64,000 bases of DNA. Source: Takakia lepidozioides (taxonomy: Eukaryota > Plantae > Bryophyta). Made by a program: the position numbers and the translations under genes. The stretch's first letter is position 1. Each line of letters opens with the position of its first letter. Below, in pieces: positions 13,204 to 31,218 of this stretch. The stretch is taken from assembly GCA_030704615.1 (NCBI GenBank), contig CM060731.1, positions 39,060,001 through 39,124,000 on the forward strand, in the 5' to 3' direction. The notes beneath the pieces are model-generated. The model worked only from the letters and a program-made list of their open reading frames with translations. It searched no databases and was not told the DNA's origin.

Positions 13204-14150
13204 GGTCAAGCAATTGAGATCCATTGCTTGCCCCAACACTTGACGACGTGATGCCTCAGAAAGAGACGACACCGCCGTGGTACCAGTGGTAAAACCCATT
13301 GCCCGCTCACGCTCGTCAGCATTAGGCTCCACTAACTGCTGCAACTGAGCATCCCACATGAGGCCAGGTCCACTATCCCGGAAAGCATGCGATCCTGGGA
13401 AGCTGAGCAGTGTAGGTAATGCTGCTCGTGGTTGACCCACCTTGTTGACCACTGCCAAAGGCGAACGGTCATCGTGTCTCACACGCTGAGACTGCCTCCC
13501 TGTGTCCAGAATGTTATCCACTGTGAGATGTGCTGGCCGCTGCACCCCATCAAATGCACGCTTGAGCAGTGCGGGTGGCATCAAGTTAGTCCACCATAGC
13601 CGTGGACGATGAGCCCGTGACCCCACTGTAGCTGCATCTAGCAACACTGCTGACCCAAGCCACGACCGGACTTGATGCACACTGGCCATCACCCTGGCCC
13701 GAGAATCGCCCATCAGTGGCACATTCTCCAAGATGTATGCTGGAGATACAGCTTGATGAAGCTGCAAGTGGCGCAAAACCCGCACCATCTCCCAAAACAG
13801 ACCCGACCTCGAGTCTCGCAATCCATTGCCATGCCCGGCTGATGAATGCCCTTGGCAGGGCCAACCTGCCACTACCAGATCAATGGAGCCAACCCGCTCC
13901 AAATCCTGCGCCCCCAGCAACGAAATGTCTGCTGGCAAGGCCTGCTGATATCCACGAATTGCAGACACGACAACAACTCAGGGTACCGCTGCACCAACTG
14001 AGCAACATGGCGAAGTGAAACGCGTCGTGCAGTCTCATCCCTCTCCACATACAGGTAACGCCGAACTCGTACACCTGCTTGTAACACAGCAGCCAATCCG
14101 GTGCTGATCCCGCCAAACAAGTCCAGAAGACAAATGCCTTCATCCGGATA
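13204..14150 (-). pseudogene. C5 cytosine DNA methyltransferase domain (DNMT3-like) embedded in pol
   Basis: Motif I LLDLFGGISTG; II YVERD; IV DLVVAGWPCQGHS (catalytic PC at ~13855); SGLFWE; VI YILENV; VIII AHRPRLWWTN; IX ERERAMGF; X RRQVLGQAMD. One frameshift at ~13970. Confidence 0.92.
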
Positions 14151-14529
14151 CTGCCACACAATAGGTGTGGTGTCCAATGGAGACAATTGAGGTGGTCCTG
14201 GTGCAATCCCCACACTCTCCTCCTCTCTTGACGGTACAAAAGCCTCCACCCAGGCTTGTTGCACCCGTCGATCAGCATCCCGCTGCAAATCCTTGCTCGT
14301 GCCCCACAATGGAGTCTGAGCAACCATGGTAGGCAACTCCGCCATACCATACATGTCATCCTGCTCTCCCGGAGGTGGTACATCCTCTGAATGAGCATTG
14401 CCCTCAAGCAACTCTCTAGGCCAACTCACTGCCGCTGTGAATGCTGCTAGTGTCGGCATCTTGCCTCGCTGGGCAACCGCAACTCCTCCTATGAACGTCA
14501 CAGGGAGCTGCACACGCCGGCCCTCCCCT

Positions 14530-14880
14530 GACTGCCATGCAGGCCTATAGGAAGCTGACTCCTCCCAAAAATCCAGGGTGAAGCCCATGGGGTACAACAC
14601 TGCCCCACCAACCAGGACATCGTATGAGACTGCGTCTGTCACAATGGCCTTGGCTCGCATCACTGAGCCATCTGTAGGGTGATCCGGCCGTAGTCTGATA
14701 GCCAACTCACGCCGTGTCATGCCCCGAGCCTGCTCCGATCCTCCCAGAGACGTCTGTATCTGGAAAGGACAAGGCTCCATATCCGCCTCCGTGAGGCCCA
14801 AGCCTGCAATAGCAGCTCTGCCCAGCATCAATGGCTGAGCTCCCGAGTCCAACAAGACCCGCAGTGGCCGGTACCTCTTG
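14530..14880 (-). pseudogene. Retropepsin aspartic protease
   Basis: RVLLDSGAQPLML...SYDVLVG. It lies in the same reading frame (13872-15059) as DNMT motifs I-II. Confidence 0.85.
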
Positions 14881-15218
14881 CCTGCCGGTCCACTCAAACA
14901 GAAAATGCCATCCTGGTTGTCTAACATGACAACTCCAGGTGTCACCATGGCGCGCTCAATGGCTGGCCTAGCTGGCAGCTCCATCAACCTGGCAGCTGCA
15001 GCTTGCCATGGCGCCGCCGTGGCAGTCTTGACCCTCAAATCCGAGGATCCCTCCGGCACTACACCTCCACTATCTCCGCAGAAGATGAAGTAACCTCCCC
15101 ACTCTCACAGAGTGTAGCTGCCAGCCTGAACACCTCAGCTGGTTTACCCCCGGCGTCGCAATCATGGTAGCCGAGAACAATGGAGCCTGGCACACAGATG
15201 TGGCCGCTCCTAGCAGCA

Positions 15219-17080
15219 CTAGCTGCTAGCCTTGGCAACACTAGCCGGGACTTCGCAGCTCGTGGCACCCGTGGTGGCGTGGTGGCGTGGTGCTACCCGT
15301 GTAGCTCTCTCCAATGACATAGTAACCTCCGCCTCGGTAACCGTCGGGCGAGAACTAGGTGCCATGGATGGCGTCGACACTGTCTCCGCCAATGTGAATG
15401 ACTGAGGAAGCCTAGCCTGACGGCTTGCCTCCCCACGCTGTGGATCCAACTCCACCTCTGCACCTCGTGGCTCAGGAACTCGTGCTGCTCCTCGAGTCAC
15501 GGCTGCAGCAGACTCCACCTGCACTAGTGGTAGTGCTGCTCCACACATGAATCCCATGCCTCCCATATCTCCTCCCTCAGGAGCAGGAGGTGGACCATCC
15601 GGCCTTAGAGCCGGTACCACCTGAGCTGTAGCCATGGCAGCGAGCCTCTGCTCTAGCTGCTGAAGCCGGTTGGCCATGCCTTGGTCAACACCCTGACCTC
15701 CGCGTCCTTGGCCACGTTGAGCTTGCCCTTGGCCTTGTGGCTGGCCACCTCGTCCTCTCTGGGCTGCTCCACCTCGCCCCCGGCCACCATTGTTCCCTTG
15801 GAACTGGCCTGGGCGCAACTCAGGATGCAAACCATAACACTGGGCCTCTCCATGCCCGTGCTTGCCACAATGCCCACACTGCAACTGTGCCGACCCTTTG
15901 CCTCCCTCTGGGCAATCCTTCTTGACATGGGGTCCTCCACATGTCCAGCACACCACATCCGCCCGTTGTTGGCCAGCAAATGAAGGGAGAGACCCCTGCA
16001 TCTGAGGTCCTCTCTGCCCTTCCCTGAGCTTCACCTGAGCCCCCTTGTTGCCTTGAGCACGTTGAGGTAGTGGTTGGCTAGGAGCACCACTACCCCGTGG
16101 TGTCTCCTTAGCAAATCCCACCATGACCACTCGTTCCTCCACCATGTTGAGCTCTATCCGCTCTGCCACAAAAACACATTTGCTAAGGTGGGTTGGGCCG
16201 CTTGTAGGAGAGTTGCATCCCGCACCCTTCTCCTCAGCTCCTTGTCCAATATCCCATACCAGAATTGGACTGCCTGAGCTTCCGTAACCCCTTGGGTTAC
16301 ATTTATCAAGCGCCTCATGCGAGTGAAAGCCTCCCTCAAGCTCTCGGTCGGCTTCCGTTGGAACTCTTGCAAGCTCCGCAACTTCTCTGTCCTCACCCCT
16401 TGGTAGTTCCCTCTCAACTCTTCGAAGAACTCCACAACAGGGTTGAAGGCAGGCACGGGTGCTAGTGCTGGTGGGGTAGTGGCTTGGGTGGACGTCGTAG
16501 CTACTGTACCACCAGTCCCACTAGTTCCACTGCTACTTGCTGAAGCTGCCGGTGCAGCGGCAGGTGTAGCCATTGCCCTCGTGGCTCTAGTGCCCCTAGT
16601 GATGGAGACATAGTCGGGTGACCAGTACATCCTCCACTCCTCGATCTCAACCTCATGCCCCCGCCTGAACTCATGGTAATCATCCATAGGCGGCCCCTCA
16701 AGGTGCTGAAACAGCCCCTTCCATGCCATGAAAGGCGTAAATAGTTGTGGATTGCGCATTTGCTGCAAATCACACCAACTATCAAACTCTTGGATAAAAT
16801 CATCCAACTCGATGGTGCCCACCGCCCCAGAGTACCTTCGTGGCCCCTTGGTAGCTCCATACATCTCCTCCATTGTGTCCCACAACAATGGCAAGGAAAC
16901 AACTTGCACCGCCGGTATGAGTCCTCCTGATTCACAATCCGAATCAGAACCTTCCGTAGAAGACACAGGAGGTGAAGGTGGCCTAAACCGCACACCTCGT
17001 CTCGTGTACCCACTAGTATCGCTAGTGCTCGAACCGGCACTGTCCCCAGCAACTAGTGGCACCTCCGTGTTGACACTCAA
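15219..17080 (-). pseudogene. Gag (capsid-like region, two zinc knuckles, RG-rich region); frameshift at ~16160
   Basis: LDDFIQEFDSW; LQEFQRKPTESLREAFTRM (Retrotrans_gag-like); CWTCGGPHVKKDC; CGHCGKHGHGEAQC. Confidence 0.85.
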
Positions 17081-17769
17081 CCGGTCATGAACATGTCCCT
17101 AACCCCCTCTCCACAAGGTAACCGGGTAGAGAACCTGTTGCGGCTTATGGTTTGGAATACTAAGTTCCTAACATAGCCTACACCTGTACCTGCATCCACC
17201 GCAAGCACTCCTATGGTTGGCTGGTCATCACCTCCAACCTCACCACAGGAGAAACAATGATGGTTTGGCTGGTCATACCCCAGCCTCACCATCGACAGCA
17301 TGCTCTAGGACTGGCCGGTGATCAAATCCGGACCAATCACCTATAAAAACAAGCGCCCACACAAAACTAGCATGGCGCACAGTCAAGCATGCAGGTATGG
17401 AGGGGATCCAAACACAAGAAATCAGAACGACAACTCCCCCACACCAAAAACAACTCCACGGTGTTGCTCCTGCAAGGACACCCAGCCCAAACCCGGACTG
17501 ACTCTTGCCTCCACCTACGGAAAGGTCTTGGTCTAATGAGAGGGTGGAAACTACGAGGAAGAGAAGCTAAAGCAATGCCTAACCCCAGCATGCCCTCATC
17601 CCAACACTCTTCCTCTCCTCTCTTCCCTCATTTGCATGACCATGGGAATATCATGAAGATACTCCTCAAACCGCCCTCCACGAGCTTCAAAATTCGGCCT
17701 TCAAGACCACATGCCAGTCCTTAGGTAGTCCACCAGTGCCTCCACGAGTCAGCACAGGCCGTCCACAGG

Positions 17770-18330
17770 TCAACACGGGCCACCACAGACCAGCACAGGC
17801 CCACACAGCTCGTCACAGTCCCACAGGCCACTGGGCACAACCTGTCACAGCCCCTCATAGCCCGTCACAGCTCCGCACAGCCCGTCACAGCCCCACAGGC
17901 CACTGGGCACAGCCTGTCACAGCCCCTCACAGCCCGTCACAGCTCCACAGCCACTGGGCACAGCCCGTCACAGTCCGTCACAGCCCCAAAGGCCTCAGGC
18001 ACGGCCTGTCACAGCCCCTCACAACTCGTCACAGCCTCAAAGGCCTCAGGCACGGCCTGTCACAGCCCCTCACAGCCCCACAGGCCACTGGGCACAGCCT
18101 GTCACAGCCCTGCACAGCCCGTCACAGCCCCACAGGCCACTGGGCACAGACTGTCACAGCCCCGCACAGCCCGTCACAGCCCCACAGGCCACTGGGCACA
18201 GCCTGTCATAGCCCCGCACAGCCCCACAGGCCACTGGGCACAGCCTGTCACATCCCCTCACAGCCCATCACAGCCCCACAGGCCTCAGGCACGGCCTGAC
18301 ACAGCCCCTCACAGCCCGTCACAGCCCCAT
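17770..18330. repeat. GC-rich minisatellite of ~10-bp CACAGCCCGT/CACAGCCCCT/CACAGCCTGT units with CACAGGCCACTGGG or AGGCCTCAGG spacers
   Basis: Directly visible. It generates the spurious repetitive ORF 17736-18299. Confidence 0.92.
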
Positions 18331-18769
18331 CCATGGCCGCTTTGGCAGTTTAGCCATTTCTCCAAGGGGTTTAGCCACGCCAAGCTAGGGTTTGTGTCTC
18401 TTGGACTCTAAGCTTCTTTCCACCGAGCTATGGCGGCTGTGAGGAAATCAGCAAGGCATTCTTGCTCTTTCGGCTCCCACACATCACCATAGTAGCCCTA
18501 AGCCATGAGGTGGTTGCCACAAACCAAGCCTTCTTTCTCACTTAGCCTCCCCAAATACGCCACTAAACCCAATGGCAAACAACCAAGCCCTGCTGGTTCC
18601 CAGCCCTTGTGAGCATTCATTCAAGCACTCTCCTTGGCCATAGCATCTATCTTAGAGCCTATTCCAGCCCCCTACACCTGCTGCTTCAAGAGTTGCGCTC
18701 CCTTCAAGCTTGAAGTTGAAACCCCAACTCACATAGGCCCTACAAGTGCTTTTCTTTCACTCCAAGTGG

Positions 18770-19180
18770 AAACCAGCCCTAGACCTTCTTTTCTTGCACT
18801 CTAAAGCTTGAAAACAAGAGCCTCAATGGGCTGAAGGCATGCTCCACACATGCCCCACTCTCACCATAAGAGAATCAGCTCCTTTGCTTCATTTCTTGCA
18901 CCCACAAACCTGAAAATACAAGCTTCAGCAGGCTGAAAGCATGCTCCACATGCCCTACAGGAAAACCAGCCCCTTCCTTCCTTTCTTGCACTCCCACACC
19001 TGAAAGTGCAAGCCTTCACCAGGCTGATAGCATGCTCCACACATGCATTGCCCTCACATAAGGGAAGTCAGCCCTTCCCTCTTCCTTGCTTGCCCTCCAA
19101 GCTTGAAGATGGAAGCTTCAATGAGCTGAACACATGCTCCACACATGCAACCTCTTCACACAAGAGATATCAGCCCCCTA
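18770..19180. repeat. About four degenerate ~90-105-bp tandem repeats
   Basis: A recurring core TTCTTGCAC..TGAAA..AAGC..GCTGA..CATGCTCCACA(CA)TG..CAGCCC, with cores near 18839, 18940, 19031 and 19134. Confidence 0.75.
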
Positions 19181-21949
19181 TCTCGGCTCCTTGGCTCCTT
19201 GATGCTCTCTAAGACAAGACTAAGCACTCCACAGCCTTTGCCAAGCTCTTGAAACCCTAAGGCTTACATTTCCAGCCACAAGACACTTCTCTTGTGGTGC
19301 AAGAGCTCTTATCCAAGCTCTGAAACCCTAGGTGCACATTCCATGGCCTTGCCGCACCTCTTAGCTCCTGTTCCAGCCCTGCTCTTGCCATGACAAGAGC
19401 CCTCTCAATGCTGAAGCTCGAGATTGAAACCCAATCTCACCATACTCCACAAAGTGCACTGATTTGCCCTAAGCCAAATCAGCCCTTTCGCTTGGTCTTG
19501 CAATCCTTCACACAATGAAAGCTCGCATTCCCAAGTCCAGTTCTCAGCTTTGCCACCAAAGCCACTATAACCTGCTCTTGACTGGTCCTCTTCCCAATCG
19601 TGCTTGCTCATGCATATACACAATCTGAAACCATCAAGGTGCTCTGGAATTACCTGCAGCATGGTGCTTTCATCTCTGAAGCTGAAGATCGAATGCTAGG
19701 TCTACCACCTCGTAACCCACATCGCCTCCGCTTCTAACAACCAAGAGCTCCACGGTGCTCCTTGCATAACAACTTGGTTTCTCTCATTCTCAAACAAAAG
19801 CCACAAGTGCTACAACTAACTCGTATCTGGCACTCACAGATACGAGCTCATCTTTCTCGAGTGATAAAGAAGAAGAATACAAGCACGAACTCACAAATCT
19901 GAAGCATAAACTCATGCATATATAACCTCATCACTCAAATACAAGTCAAGCCAAGTGCACCCCACGCCATGGGGAATCCACACTACGGCGCCATAGCTAG
20001 GCGCGGTGAGGCTCAACTCGAGAAAGATGAGCCTTCCGCGCTTGCCGTGAAGATAACCACTCCAGGGCCTAAATCTGCCTTGACCCCTGGATTGACACTT
20101 GGGCCAATCCCAAATGTCAATATGTAAAAGCTAGCTATTTCCTAGCTAGTTTCACACTAGTGGTAAAATAACTTGACAAGCTGCCATCCAATTTTGAAGA
20201 GTTTGTTGCATATCAGACAAAGCATTTGACTCGGAGTGCAACTCAATGAAGGACAACTGCTGCGAGAGAATGAAAACCTGAATTTGTATATGGAACTGTC
20301 ATTTACAAGTCTTAGGACATTGTCGATGGTAGGGAGGACTTTCTTATATCTTTTTTTGGGCACTTGGGAGTGTCTTTGGTATTTGCTGCTGCTTGTTTAG
20401 TCCAAGACTTAGATGTAGAAGACGGGTGTTCTCTCAATGAATTGTTTGGACTACCTCTTCATGACGATATGTTTGGGCTTGAATTGGCAGTATCTAATGA
20501 TGATTCAGACTCTGATTTTGACCCTTTGGAAGAAGCAGAGACTAAGTAACCCATTCGTTATTGACAACCCGAATTTGATGGACTTCTGTGCAGACATTGG
20601 GTTCCCCACCCGAGAGCTGGGCTTGTATGACTTGCCAGAAGCTTGGAAAGGATGGGAGTCTCATGATTCATTTCTTGCAACTGGTCCTCAGCAAATCAGC
20701 ATAAAGAACCCCGTCTCCCTAATTGAATGTCCACCCACAATCCAAGCAGCCAACCAGTCCCACCCTGTCTACAATGTCTCCAGGTAAATGGATAACTTGA
20801 TACGGACAAAAGTTGTGTAATTCAATTAAATCAATAAGATGTTATGAGGTTCAAGCATTGCAACTGATCTAGAGCGCACTTGAGGTTTCCCACGCTTGCA
20901 ACTGACTAATTAAATTTGACCTTAAATTATGGTGGGTTGTATCAAAAGAGATCTGCAAAACGACATGAAGACAAAGCTTATGAAGACCAACAAAACTCAA
21001 TATGATAGAAATATGAGTAAAAACTCACCATATTGTTTGGAAGAAAGATGTCATGTTCGAGAAGATTATATGAGCCAATCCATACAACTCAATGCAATCT
21101 CAAACGTCTTCGAAGAGAGCAAAGTCATTAGAGATCAAAATCAGATAATTTACATATAATATTATGATAAAAGAGTTTTCATGAGCCATTGTATACTAAA
21201 TGTTGTGATTATCAAAGTTTTTCTTACATTCAATAGTGGATCTTGTATAGACGCATCATCTTACTAAAACTTCTTTAAGAGATTGTTTTTTGTCTTATTC
21301 CAACAAAGCCAAGACTTCATTAGGACAAAATATTAGATCATCAACATATAACGTTATGATGACAAAAGAGTTAGCATTCACATAGTAAATGTTGTAAATG
21401 GTCTATGACTTGCGGTTTTGTCTCCCTTGGAGAACAATTCTTTATGAAGCTAAAAATAAAAGTAAATTAAGCAACTCATCTTGCTATGACTCCGGTTTTA
21501 TCTCCCTTGCGGTTCGTTGGAAAACAACTCATTATCAAGTTAAAGATAAAAATATGATATCCAACATTTATGATATCCAACATGATGTGGGTTGAATCCA
21601 CAACCACTAGCGACTTGGTTTGTGCCCATACTAAATATTAAATCACTAGTGAGCGGGTTTGTGTCCATCTCACTAGGCTAAATGTAGGTTAAATGTTGGT
21701 TGTATTACTCTGACGATAATCATAGCAGTGGTCATAGTGAGTCTCACCTTCAGTTTGGAATATAGGAGATAATCAATATTATAATTATCTCGCTAAGTTT
21801 GGAAAAGATATGCTATAATGATCTCAGTTGTTTTTGGCATGGACCTTGAGTATAAATAGGGCAGAGCTGAGAGGATGGAACAATAGCTTGTCGAGTTCCT
21901 ATACTTAGTGGAGATTTTACGTAAATCACTTCATCTTTAATCATTATTT

Positions 21950-23650
21950 TCTTAGTGCTTTCAACATGGTACATAGCGAGGTTGGCAGTGAGAGAAACTT
22001 AAGGACTGGAGTGTCTGATCCACAATCTATAGGCATGAGTGCTTGTTAAAACCGAAAGTTTGAGTATTCGTAGTTGGCAAAGCCACATACAAATCATTGT
22101 GTCAATTTTGAGAAAAAAAACATTTTGTCAATTGACCTCCAATTGACTTTATCTTAATCAAGAGTTGTAGAACTTGAAGATGAAGGAATGAGGTTCAGTT
22201 CAAGACCACATTGATGAATTTCAAGCGTCTAGTGATCATTTGACCAACATTTGTCATCGTGTTCAACTGAAGATTTGACATTCATTTTTCTTGGAAGCTT
22301 GTCGCCTTCATATTAGACGTTGGTAATATCTCTTGGTACTCATATAATGATCTGATATCAAGGTGATAAACTTAAAGATCTTCATCTGAAACACACGATA
22401 ACTAATATTAGTCAAATGATCACTAATCATTTGAAGTTTATCAAAAGATGGTGTTGAGCTGAACTTCTTTCCTCCATCGTCATGTTGTACAACTATTGGT
22501 TAAGATAAAGTCAATTGACAACATGTAACTAAAATGTACGGATTATATAACCCTAAGAGTGGCATGTTATCATCAAGCATTAGAAAAAGAAGACTCTGGC
22601 TATGCCATCATGCGTAACTAAAAGCCCGCTTCACTTCGAAGTTATAGCCCTCTTTTAGGAACGAGCTCTATTATTAGTTGTGATGTTACATTCAATGATT
22701 AGTTGCTCTGAGTTTGGACCATGAAATAGATAACTTGGTTCTAACTCACGAAGAGAAAATGAAAGAAGAGATTGTCGAGAAACTCATAGAGGAGGTTACC
22801 ATTGAGAACCTCCAAATGTATCATTTGCTTATTTCATTCATAGTGATGAGCCTCAAAAAATTTCAAATGCATTGAAAAGTAAGAATTCTTCACACTAGAC
22901 AAAAGTCGGTAGCTCAGTATGATAGTGCACTTGGTTAGGGCATTGAGTGCCACCCGGATGATTCTGGGGTCAAATCTTGCTACTTGACGGGTGTGGTATA
23001 CTCTTCTCCCCATTCCTTTGGCGGTGTCCCACTTCTAGCCTCCATGGCACGGTGGCACGGTTACTGTGAAAGAGGTTATTTTCTCCTCTCACTATCAAGG
23101 GGCCTGATTTGTGAGCTGTTGCTCCCAGGTGTTTCTTAAAAATAAAAAATAAAAAAATCCCTACTTCAGTTGAATCTTCAAGATAATAAGACTTGGAGTA
23201 GTGTTAAACTTCAATTTGGACGTCAACCTGTTGGTTGCAAAATTAATGGATTTTCAAAGTTAAGCACAATGCCGATGATTACATAGCAAGACACAAAACA
23301 TGTGTAGTTGCAAAAGGTTTTCACATACTGAAGGTATTGATTACCATGAAATATTTTCCCTGTTGCACAAATAGAATAAAAAAAAGAGTCAATTCAAGTA
23401 TTTCTTGCATTTGTTGTTGTTGTTAAAAATCTTGAGATAGATCGGATGGATGCACGCACATTAGTTCTTAATGGAGATCTTATAGATGAAGTATATATAG
23501 ACCAGCCAAAGAGATTTGTTATAAAAGAGAAAGAGATGACCGTATTTGTATGTGGAATTACAAGATTAATGCATATTTGGCTGAAAAGTTTAAAAAGAAT
23601 TTTGCTTAATTTAAAGTGCATTAAATTGAAAAGAGGCATACCTATGTTCT
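21950..23650 (+). mobile_element. Highly decayed Ty1/Copia remnant (gag and RT fragments)
   Basis: ~22170-22250 LKMKE*GSVQDHIDEF (UBN2-type gag). ~23190-23370 RQPVGCK/WIFKVKHNAD/VAKGF/EGIDYHEIFSPVA. 23446 MDARTLVLNGDLIDEVYIDQP corresponds to the Copia QMDVKTAFLNG motif. Confidence 0.85.
22908..23157 (+). mobile_element. tRNA-derived SINE, copy 1 (inserted in the Copia remnant)
   Basis: A-box-like GTAGCTCAGTATG, B-box-like GGGTCAAATC, A-rich tail. Near-identical to 23946-24145. Confidence 0.75.
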
Positions 23651-23945
23651 ATGTATCTTGGTTTCCCAGTGTGGTATCCTCTGCTGGTGTTAGTGATTAA
23701 TGTCTGTCTCTAGGAACATCCCTTCGTCCCGGAAGACCGTCTTATGGCACTGTCAAGGTTAATTTTTCCTTGCTTAATTTGATTATCACCCTTGCCCGTT
23801 AAAAGCAAACAGAAAACCCCAGAAAAATGACAAGGAAAAAATAACCTTGCCAAGAGCTGGAGGTGAACAACGGATAAGATAAGAAAGACAAAGTTACTTC
23901 ACGGAGAACAACCGACAATGGAGACACTTGGAAAAGATACCAACA

Positions 23946-24145
23946 GTAGCTCAGTTGCATAGTGCACCGAGTGCCACCCAGATGATTCTGGGGTCAAATC
24001 CTGCTACTTGACGGGTGTGGTATACTCTTCTCCCCCTTCCCTTGGGCGGTGTCCCATTTCTCAGCCTCCATGGCACGGTTACTGTGAAAGAGGTTATTTT
24101 CTCCTCTCACTTTCAAGGGGCCTGATTTGTGAGCTGTCGCTCCCA
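23946..24145 (+). mobile_element. tRNA-derived SINE, copy 2 (3' tail cut at the inversion breakpoint)
   Basis: GTAGCTCAGTTGC...GGGTCAAATCC...gagctgtcgctccca, then an abrupt switch to Hsp70 coding sequence. Confidence 0.75.
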
Positions 24146-24958
24146 AGAGGAGTACCTCAAATCGAGGTCACATTTGACACTGATGCCAATGGGATTCTGT
24201 CAGTCACTGCTGTGGACAAAGGCTCTGGGAAGAAGCAGGACATCAAGATCACAGGCGCCTCAACTCTAAACAAAGATGATGTGAGTCCCATTGCCAGTTA
24301 GCTGCTTTTCCACTGAAAATTTTAGCCTTTTGACCAATGTTTCCATGATATTCTAAAGCAAAGCTGCTAAAAAGAATGAACTGTGGCATGATGTCTTATT
24401 TGCAGGTGGAGCGAATGGTGAGAGAAGCAGAGAGAAATGCAGCTGAAGACAAAAGCCGTAGAGAAGTCATTGACCTCAAGAACCAGGTAAAAGCTATTCT
24501 AAAAGTTTTTCCAACTGGAGTGACATTCACAGTCAGACTCAATCATGGGTCACATCTTGTCACGAAGTGGGCTACTACTGAACCTAAGTGACGATACTAT
24601 CTTGCTTCCTGTGCAGAGTGAGAGCATGGTATACCGAGCTGAGAAGCAGTTGAAGGAGCTGGGCGACAAAGTAGCTTCAGACCTGAGACACCGTGTAGAG
24701 GCAAAGGTGAATGAGCTTAAAAGCGCTGTGCAGACACAGGTTGCTGGAACCATCAAGAGAGCCCAAGATGCGTTACAGAGCGAGTCGGTGCAAATTGGGC
24801 AGGCGATTTATGGAAATGCTGGGCAGGGTGCAAGTCCAGCTGAACCAAACGCTGGGGCTGGAGGCCCTGGACCTTTCGCTGGAGCCCGCACCACTGGCGG
24901 TGGGCCTAAGGGCGATGATCCCGAGATCATTGATGCTGATTTCACAGATGCTCACTGA
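24146..24958 (+). pseudogene. cpHSC70: Plastid Hsp70 3' exons (inverted relative to the rest of the gene)
   Basis: [22 protein letters not shown]...[12 protein letters not shown]; VERMVREAERNA; SMVYRAEKQLKELGDKV; C-terminal IIDADFTD typical of stromal Hsp70. Introns intact. Confidence 0.9.
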
Positions 24959-25040
24959 AGATTTCCGGAGAGTGGGCGATGGCAAAATTTTGGTGTAAAT
25001 AGTGGCAAGAGGTGATGAAGATTTTGATGTAGATACATGG

Positions 25041-31218
<6,178 letters not shown>

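Larger units (their letters stand above)
9400..17100 (-). mobile_element. Ty3/Gypsy LTR retrotransposon encoding a C5 DNA methyltransferase and a PHD finger (decayed)
   Basis: Collinear on the minus strand: gag, 2 zinc knuckles, protease, DNMT, RT, RNase H, integrase, PHD, then a polypurine tract and a TG-starting LTR-like segment. Several stops and frameshifts. No matching 5' LTR was found; the upstream 17.1-20.1 kb may belong to the element. Confidence 0.9.

Noticed and set aside
13201-14150. Host DNMT3/DRM gene or bacterial restriction-modification contamination
   Set aside because: It has no introns or separate start, is in frame with a retroviral-type protease, is flanked by gag and RT, and has no restriction enzyme partner.
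17736-18299. 187-aa repetitive ORF; possible CRISPR-like array
   Set aside because: It is the translation of a minisatellite. There are no unique spacers or cas genes, and the DNA is eukaryotic.
20157-20560. Possible hAT transposase dimerisation-domain remnant (W..., CCER, LVF)
   Set aside because: Too degenerate to support without a profile search.
22908-22990. tRNA gene
   Set aside because: A/B-box-like motifs are present, but there is no clean cloverleaf, and it continues into a shared body and A-tail, so it was called a SINE.
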